Translations under genes and position numbers: made by a program
Shown here: one piece after another, positions 47,300 through 55,984 of the stretch
Layout of the letters: every line of letters starts with the position of its first letter
Numbering within the stretch: position 1 is the first letter of the stretch
Assembly: GCA_050575255.1 (NCBI GenBank)
Contig: JBNZDD010013635.1
Coordinates: 2,767,670 to 2,823,653 of the forward strand
Length of the DNA: 55,984 nt
Direction: 5' to 3'
From: Harriotta raleighana
Lineage: Eukaryota
Notes under the pieces: model-generated
Databases searched by the model: none
Seen by the model: the letters and a program-made list of their open reading frames with translations, nothing else
What the model was told of the DNA's origin: nothing

Positions 47300-48394
47300 T
47301 AAAAATACAGCCGACGACCTTTCACTTTGGGTATTGATGCCTTCGCAGATCTCTAATCAGATTCTCAGCTACATTCCACATTGCGTACATCTTAAAGTCA
47401 CAGCCAAAATATGTCTCAATCATTAGGTAGTATCTTACCTTAACAAACTATTTTTGGTTTGCTATCCTTCTACAATGTTTGATTTCAGAGACCACACTGT
47501 GGTCTTTGTGAAGCACAAAGCTATCGGATCACTAAGAATTACGCACTTGATTTGTATAATAGGTGAATCATGATTGCTTACATACTCTGCCTCCAAACTG
47601 TTGCCAGCAGTCAGATGCTTTGTTGTTATTCCAATAAAAATGACAACTTCCTGATACTGTCAGACAGTGAAGTGGCATCTAGAAAACGCCATATCTAATG
47701 CCAGAATTATTTATTATAAGTGCAAAATATGACAATAAATGTATTTGGATAAAATAACCGATTTAAAAAATTGATAGAGAAGATCGTTTAAGCAGACGTG
47801 TTTACTAAACAACTTGAGTCTCCCTTTAATAGTTCTTCCCAGAATATGTCTCCAGATAAAATGTCCTACAACAAGTACAATACAAATTTACATTTATATA
47901 GCATCTTTCACATTGGGAGAATGTTGAACATCTTAGATTTGTACTTGAGTTAAGTAGAGGGAACAAAACATATGGGAGAACAGAACAAGAGTATTGCAAA
48001 TCCAACTGAAACCAATCCATTAGCCAAGCACTGAATTAATCACAGACAAAACTTTAGAAAACACTAATAAAATATCTTTATTGCAATCGCAGTGATTTAG
48101 TATTCATCAAAATTCATTGATAAGATTTTACGTGTCAATTTCACCAAATGTTGGAGACAGAATTAAGGCAGCCTGAGGTGGGAAACGTGATGAAGGCCAA
48201 TCCTGCAGATGTCTGAAACCTGCTTGTCATTTCAAGATGTTAAACACAGTTTAAAGACTTTATCATCTTAGAATTTAAGAAGTAAAATCTCTTGGCAGAG
48301 GAAATAATAAGCAAATGGATAATTTTTTTCTTTTTTTGGGGTGGTGGTGGTGGAGGGTGGTGGTGGAGGGGCAATATTTTAACTGAAGGCTTCA

Positions 48395-48540
48395 ACATAA
48401 GAACATAAAAATTAGGAGCAGGAATAGGCCACTTGACCCTTCGAGCCTGCCCCACCATTCAATAAGATCATGGCTGATCTTCTGACCTAGCTCTAATTAC
48501 CTGCCTTATCCCCATATCCCCTAATCCTCTATTTTTTAAG
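48395..48540 (-). mobile_element. CR1 3'-end fragment
   Basis: Closely similar to 21848-21990. Confidence 0.88.
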
Positions 48541-49049
48541 ATTAACTGTACATTTCAGAAGCAATTTAGAAATGAGTTGGGGAAAACCATTCAGATTGAA
48601 ACAAATGTTTAGAAGGCTTTAGAAGCATCCAGTTAATTTGCAAGCTTTTAGAGATTAAGATATGAGAGCATGTATAGAATTGTGTACTTGGCCAGCAGAA
48701 AGTTTTATTTCTTATTTAGTTAAGTTCAGCAAAAGTTGAATGTGGGATCAGCTTTGATTCTGATAGTTTCGTGGTGAAGTAGTCAAGTGATAATTCTCAT
48801 TGGTGACGAATGGCTTCCTTAAGGCAATAGCCATGCAAGTGCGCTCCAGCACAACCCACTATCTCAGTTATTTGGGATTGGTGCAGAAAGTAAGAAGAAA
48901 CTACAGTACTAACTTGCTATGAACAAATAGATGCACATGTCTTTATTCTTAATGTTGTGATTTCAGTGATTCTAAAATATGGCATTCAGCTTCTCCCCTG
49001 AGCTTGTTATGCACCCACAGCAGTTTTGATTCTTGAAGTCTGACCTCTC

Positions 49050-49275
49050 TTTGATCTGTTCTCACCCAACGTTCGATATAGCTCCTTATTTTATCTTCGA
49101 GATGTCTTAAAGCATTGGATAGAATAGACTTTAAAATATATTGGCTGTATATTTTAGTTATTGTTACACCCGAGAAAAGCGATCCGCTAATCGACTAACA
49201 ACTGGGTTCCTACCTACTTACTGCTAGTTGACTAGAGGCATGTGGAATAGGAGAACTTGCCTAAGATTTTGCCCT
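49050..49275 (-). mobile_element. Highly degenerate SINE
   Basis: gatatagct..gagatgtcttaaagc..aggcatgtggaataggagaacttgcctaaga. Confidence 0.55.
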
Positions 49276-50369
49276 AAACTAAAACATTTTGCCCTCAATA
49301 AAACAAAAATCGACATTCAATTCCTAAATGAATGGAACAATATAGATTTATAATTATCCAATCTTTCTTGTTTAAATATCCATCCTAGGGTTATAACTTT
49401 TCATTTTCTTCAGTGTTCAACTCTCCCAAAACAATTTGATAAAGAATATAAGTTTAGTATTTTTGTTATGCGAAGGAATGCTTGTGCTGAGCTCAAGGTT
49501 ATCTCCACCTTGCCCTTTATCGAGAAGCTTCTTTGCAATTTAGCAACACTGACTGTGATCTTCTAACAACATCTGATCAAGAGCTTACAGTGAATGAAGA
49601 TCAAAGCTCATCACTGGTTTGAATCTGAGAGCCCGGCTCGTTCTCAGCTGCTACGAAGCTTTGCTTCAATGCTTTGAAGATCGGTTGCCTTGAGCTTCTG
49701 TTCAACCGAGGAGTACAACTTCTTTACTCGTCATGCCCTTTCCCCTCAGGTGAAGGAAGACTAAAAGTCAGAATAAAATATTGGGTACAGTACTAATAAA
49801 TCAATGAGTGATACTGTTTTAAAACTTGTTTAAGAATAAATGTGATGAACAGAGATCATGAATACTGTATTTTTAAACAGTCACAATGAAAGTAATATTT
49901 GAAGCAACTGTGAAGTTCCTTTCTTATAAAGCTGACATTGGCTGATGTAGATTTTTATATAAATGTTTGCCTTTCCTGAAATCCATTTAGTTTCAAATTA
50001 TTTTGTAACCATTTTGAAATGTCCCAATGTCCATCTTCATGTATTTTATTTATAAGCTTGCTTTTCTCCTTTTCTTTTGAAATGCAGGAATCAATGAAAA
50101 AGGATAAATATCTTTTATGTATATGTATTCAAGACACTGACTGATAATTGAATTTGAAGTTGTTTGAAGTGTTGTGAGAAAACAAATTGGCAAGAGTGAA
50201 AATAAAATTTAACAGAATATTTACTGGCAATTGATATAAAGGCCTTAAAGGAAGTAAGCTAAAGGAATGAAATTCTAATTTAAAAAATGTAAAATGTTAC
50301 ATTTTATATAACAGAAAGATCCTACTAAAAGACATGAAGTGGAAGACCAATTTTACCTGAACCATTATT

Positions 50370-50580
50370 GACCTCCTCTTTGCAGATTGTACCATGGGAT
50401 CTTCACCGTCCACCTGTTTACAGGCAGTTGGGACTTTGGTTTAATGTCTCATCTGAAGGGCGGCACCTCCAGCGTTGCACTGGAATGTCAGCCTAGACTA
50501 TGACTTCAAAGTCCCAATGTGTACCTGTAACCATGTTGAGTTGGAGGTGAGAGTGCTGCCAACCAAGCCAGCCTGACACC
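50370..50580 (-). mobile_element. SacSINE1-like DeuSINE 5' half
   Basis: ccatgggatcttcaccgtccacct, ggtttaatgtctcatctgaagggcggcacctcc, tgtcagcctaga, gagagtgct. Confidence 0.75.
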
Positions 50581-51229
50581 TGGCCCACCTGGATTCTAAC
50601 TTGTCCCATGGAGAATTCATGTGAAAGGGTCGAGTTTTAAGCAAATACAACGCTCACAAGTGTGAAAATTACATTTGTTATTTTTATTTGGGTTTTGCTA
50701 CCCATTTCATATTTGGTTTCCCTCTGTCATCATTTCCCTGGAGACAGTAGTGAATCACTTTGAACCAACATTAAATATGCTGGTGTTCAAGTGCACACAG
50801 AGGGAGGGAGCCAATGTTGTATGAAGCTGTGCACCAATAATACTGAGAATAGTTAAAGATGCCTGTAATTTCTGTATGAAGAACAACCTTGTATTTTTTC
50901 CCTGTATATTTGGCAGCATGAAGCAACTGCTACGGTGGTCAAAACTTCATATCGAGAATATTGGCTGAGTTTTCTTTGATTGATTGGGTTTCCATTTGTT
51001 ACTGTAACAAGCAAGTATTTGTGTGCATGTGCTTAGTTTGTTGGCTTTTAATATCCGGTTAGATTCCTGACTATCATGAGTAGAATCTCCATTTTGTATC
51101 TCTAATATTTCAGCATTGATTTCTATGGTCTTGGTCCATTCCCCTGTGTTATATACAATTGTGTATATGTTATTGCCATTAGCAACTCGTTGCTGTGATG
51201 TTGCTGTGGTGCTTTGTATTTTTTTAATC

Positions 51230-51470
51230 CTCATCTCAGCATGCGGGCAACATTGGCCTAGCCAGGATTTATTGTAGATGTTGGGTTGTCTTGTGAAAGG
51301 GAAGTTGGGCTTTCTGGTTAAAGCATCGCCATCCTCTTGTGGGCAGAATCACTGTGTCGTGTAGAGTTCCAGGATTTTGACCCAGGAATAATAAAGGAAC
51401 AGCTATTTAATATATATATCCCAAACCAGGACAGTGATGGTGTTTCCCGTGATATTGCTTCTCTTGTTTT
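51230..51470 (-). mobile_element. Old CR1-type LINE 3' fragment
   Basis: gagttccaggattttgacccag..aaggaac..tatat..ccaa..cagga resembles a recalled shark CR1 subfamily. Confidence 0.5.
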
Positions 51471-52764
51471 GTAACTTTTCTTTATAAGGAATATACATAG
51501 AGCAGTGCGCCTGTCACCTGGGTTGCGACCCTCGAGTGTATAGGTTTTGTTTGTTCAAATTATATGCAGTGTTTTCGTTTTCTCTCCTTGTGCTTTTTCA
51601 CCTATAGTTTGTGCACAACTAGCACACAATCTGCTGTATTGAGGCCCTTTTCTTGGCTCGGGGCGTATCATTTCTGCCACGTGGAGTTCAATAAAAACAG
51701 CTCCTCAGCTCTCCCACCTTCTGCAGTCAAATCTCAGATCCCTATACGTGTTTGTTCATTAGAAATCGTTCATTGCAAACACACCTGCTATGGTAGGGCG
51801 AGGTATTCCTCGAAAGGATAAGATTTTCGTTAAAATTTTGGCAGACTTTCCCGTCGTTTTCTAATAGCTTCTTTTATTCAAACCATTTTCTTGATTGTCC
51901 CATTGGTCAAATGTGAAGTCTTGTCAAACTGATTACTGTAGCTGTTACATTGCCACGTGTAAAATCATTGGAATCTTTTAGAATTTCAGTGCCTTTTGTG
52001 CACCCTGTCATAGAATTTCTTCCAATTTCATCGCTGCCTAGAAGCAGCTGCTCCTGTCACTGGAATGATGAGTTGCAGCGGAGAGTTTAGGTTTGTGCAT
52101 TGTTGACAGTTCACAGAAGTATGAATGTTAACGTAACATCAGCATTTGCTCATCCTTGCTTTGCAGTTTACTTTGGGACTTTTGATACCAATGGCTTTTC
52201 TCCCTCCCCCACATCCAAAATGTTCTACAGTCCATTGTAAAGCTGGGCTATTGCTTTCGAGATGCAGTCTTTTCTGAGCCTGATTTATTCTTTATCTATG
52301 AACAAGGAAGACTGGGCCTCAATTTCCCAGCCCAGTTAAGGTTCTCCCTGCTTCCAGTGAATCAATGCAGCCTCCAGCCTCTGTTACAATAAATTGAGCA
52401 GATGATGTGAGGAGCAAGAGAACGAAAAGAGATCATTCAAATCTGCCAATAATGATCAAGATGTACATTTAGGATTATTTCACCATTTTAAACATTTGGG
52501 ACTTGTTGATTAGACAAGATTTTACTGAATAAAAATTGCTGTTATTTGTTTCTTTGAAACTTTGCTCGAAAGAAGAAAATGCTTAATCAATCACTGAATG
52601 ATAAATGCTATAGAGAATGATACATGCATATATTTGCTGATGTTTGTAGTATCCTTCCTGTTCCCATGTATTATACTGCAAACAGTGTGTAAGGAAATAT
52701 TACTGAGCAGGTTTTCCCTGGAGTGCTGATGTAAATGGAGAGCCTTTTCACAGTCAACATTCTC

Positions 52765-52810
52765 CAGAGAATTGAATGCTGATCCCCCAGAGAATTGAAT
52801 GCTGATCCCC
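52765..52810 (+). repeat. Perfect 23-bp tandem duplication
   Basis: cagagaattgaatgctgatcccc x2. Confidence 0.9.
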
Positions 52811-55366
52811 CATTCAAAACACTTAGGGAAACTTTACTCTCAAATTGTTTGGCTACAAAATCCCAGCTGATATTCCAATTTAAAACAAGGATGTATAGAA
52901 ACACAAGTGGAGTATTTAATTCAGCGAACCTCTGCACCCTTCTAAGTGAGGGATGACTGCACGAGGGAAAGGAACACTGTTCCACTACAAACACACCTAC
53001 TGTCAGCATCAAGCACAGTGAATAGCACAACTAACTGGAACATGAGGCTCGCTTTACTATGCTTCTGAAGCGTACCATAACCTTAATTGCAGAAGAGTAC
53101 TCCCTCGCGCAGTGGTGAAGTATTCAATTTCCCACGCCAACCACACAGTCGGCCTCTCTGAATGAAATTACCAGTTTGTGCTGCTAAGTGGAAAATTACC
53201 GACATTTCTATTCTAAGGATGAACTGGATTGAGAAAACCAGTTTCACATCGGAACCTTACTTTTGAGAGAGAGAGAGAAAAGAAACACGAGTCAAACTGG
53301 GGTTCATTGCAACCAGGTGTAAGAAACAAAAGAGCAGGGAGCTAACCCACCTCAACACTGAATAACTGTAAAATAATGCAGATTATTCGTGAGGTGGTGA
53401 CATCCAATGTGATATAGAACTCCATAACATGAAGCTTGCTTATCTAAATCAATACTGTGCATGCCATGTCTGTGGGATGCTGTCCTTTTAGAACTGTTGA
53501 GTTTTTTTTAAACACAAGGAAAGGAACATCTTACCTTCACACATAAAAGCTTTGAGGACCTTGCCTATCTGTCTTTAATCAATTCAAACAACAGCAAGGT
53601 TCTCGTAAGAGGAGATTGGTGTTCTTTATTGAAAGAGAATGTGGCAGTATAGAACAAAAGCACATTTCAAATGCAGCAGATTATCATTGTGTTGGATTTA
53701 ATAGCAATCTGGTAACAGTACATTTCTGTATGCTATGACAGAAGACAATATGTGTGTTAAAATCAACAGAAGGATCCTGCATTGTTTGTCCATTGCCACA
53801 CTTCCTATTTTCCTGTATTTTTGTATAACCTTCCTCGTCCTTTGATTTCTCTCTGTAATTCAATTATATGGAACATGCATGCATTGCAATTACTCAAACT
53901 TCTGTTCCTACTTGCATTACAACAATTATTAGTTGGAGAATCAAATATAAAGCAGTCATAGCAGGCCATGCATATGCATCCGGCTAGACTTAATTTAGAT
54001 GTGAACCAGTTAGTTCCCGGAGAGAAAAGCTGTAATGGTTTGTCAACGTCATCAGAAGCCTGAGATTGAATAATTATCTTAAAATCACTGTCCCCTAGTT
54101 TATTCTTTATTGTAGCATATCATTATTTGCCTGTGTTTTACTTTAAAAAAGATTTATCATTGTATGTTGGATATATTTACCCAAATACAGAAATTATTAC
54201 ACCCACTCATTCACCATAACTTGTAGAGGTGTCTCTACGAGGCCTTGCTATCCTTAGCCTGGTTAAGTGTAGACCTGCATCAAAATTAAACATCATCCAG
54301 AAGGTGGAAGTGAGCTCAGGTCACCTTGTCACCTTTATAGCCTGACGCATTAAACATTATATCAGCGCTGAATACAGCATTGCAACACAGGTGGGTGATA
54401 GCCAAGACTTGAGATGGGATGGGGGAGTGGGAGGAAAGAGGAGAAGCTATTCCTGTTACTTTTGTGGGGGTGTTTAAATCCAAGGTAGTGATTTGCGATC
54501 ACATCTGAGGTGAGCAGCTCAGTTCCTGATGTCTTCTACATTTGTACGAGGTCTTCATAAAATGCTGGGCCCTGGATCCAGGAGCAAAAAATAATATATA
54601 AGCCACTGATACAGATGTTGCCCGTATCACTTCTGATTCTGATCTTTAAATATTTTTTTCCCAGAAGATCACTGATCTATTATAGAAGTACAGAAATATA
54701 GAATTGCGTTTGATTTTTAAGGAATCCTGTAAAAATCATATTGACGACTTGATGAAGTATGTTTGTGGAACTGATGGGCTGAATGGCTTGTTTCACTCTG
54801 ACTTTGACATAAAAATTACAGTTAATAATTGAGTGAGGCACAAATCAAATTAGATTCATGTACAGTGGTCACAAACACTCACATACCAACACCAACAGAT
54901 GCTGGATCAGATAGGGACATGAGTCAGGAATTTTTATATCCTATTTCATTGATTTTAAGTGATAAAACTTTTAATAAAACAAAGCCCTAATGTGTGCTTT
55001 GTATTAAACGTAGAACAACGAGAGAAAGGAGTAAAAATATATCCATCTCCGACTGTACTATTCACATTAGGGATGCTGAAATCAACAAGTTTGGTGAATT
55101 TATTGTTCATCAAAATTCTATTGAACATAGTCTGCTGCACAATGTCTGCATTGCAAGACTGTCAGTAGCGGTTGTACAACTGCAGGAAAAAACTAATGTT
55201 CAATCCGTTCCTGCAATACTATAAAACAAGTTTAAAAACACACACACAATTCCAGTATTTCTGGTGGATCAGGGGACACAAGAACAAATGGGTCTCCTGA
55301 GTCTGGAAGATTACAGGGGTAGTGTTCAGGAAAAGTCATTCCCATCATGGAAATAAACAATCTGTA

Positions 55367-55391
55367 CGTGTGTGTGTGTGTGTGTGTGTGT
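55367..55391 (+). repeat. (TG)n microsatellite
   Basis: Direct reading. Confidence 0.9.
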
Positions 55392-55645
55392 ATATGCATG
55401 TGAGAGATGAGGAAAGACTATTACTATTGTAGCTGATCAAGATTGGTAGCCTCATGATACAAGGATTTAAGACCAAAACTTTGACAAGGATGTACACTCC
55501 AACTCACTGAGCCAGTATGGAAGCTTGGCATCATGTTTGACCCGCAAGTGTCATTTCTACCCCACATGCATGCTATGACCTTCTCTGCCTTCCACCACCT
55601 CCGCATCTTCATCTGGCTCTGCAACTGTCTCACATTGCAGGCCGC

Positions 55646-55984
55646 GGAGACCCTTATCTCAAGGACACCACTTGCCCTATCCCCCTACTCCTCTGGCTCC
55701 TTCCCCTCGTTTGAGCACCTCACCCTTTCCCACCCCTCCCATCTCTCACTCAAAATCCTCCTCCTCTACCGGCCCCCCAAAACTTCTCCCACCTTCATCT
55801 CTGACATCTCTACCCTCCTGACATGTCTCTGCCTCTGCACTGATCGCCTCATCATCCTGGGCGACTTCAACCTGCACTTCACCCCCTCCTGCTCCACCTC
55901 CTCTGACTTTTCCTCCCTCCTCTCCTCGCTCAAACTCTCCCTCCACATCAACTCCGCCACTCATGTCCACGGCCACCCACTCGA
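55646..55984 (+). mobile_element. L2 LINE ORF2 endonuclease (APE) fragment running off the window
   Basis: SFEHL..KILLLYRPPK..FISD..LIILGDFNLH motifs with a frameshift. Confidence 0.88.

Noticed and set aside
9147-55984. STK25 or other - strand gene expected from human synteny
   Set aside because: No kinase motifs or other recognisable coding exons found by eye. Very short exons could have been missed.
1-55984. CRISPR array, rRNA or prokaryotic systems
   Set aside because: Spliced vertebrate genes and retroposons throughout, and no regularly spaced repeat-spacer pattern.

Overview
AT-rich vertebrate genomic DNA, very likely a cartilaginous fish. The tRNA/Deu-core/L2-tail SINEs, CR1 and L2 LINEs resemble the elephant shark Callorhinchus milii repertoire (inference from memory). 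Bases 1-9146 hold the 3' coding exons of FARP2 (end of PH1, PH1-PH2 linker, PH2). Besides the expected exons there are two extra in-frame exons: a 21-nt microexon (LIVLEPP) inside PH1, and a duplicated, apparently mutually exclusive linker exon that swaps an acidic Ser-rich linker for a Pro-rich one carrying overlapping PxLPxR and PPxY motifs. An intact two-coding-exon A4GNT-like glycosyltransferase (339 aa) lies at 20556-22950 on the + strand. I recognise no host gene in the remaining ~33 kb. It is filled with SINEs, CR1/L2 fragments, a Tigger-like MITE, old DeuSINE and LF-SINE-like relics, and a local inverted duplication. Exon boundaries were read base by base. Repeat boundaries are approximate, and family names come from recalled consensus sequences, not from a search.
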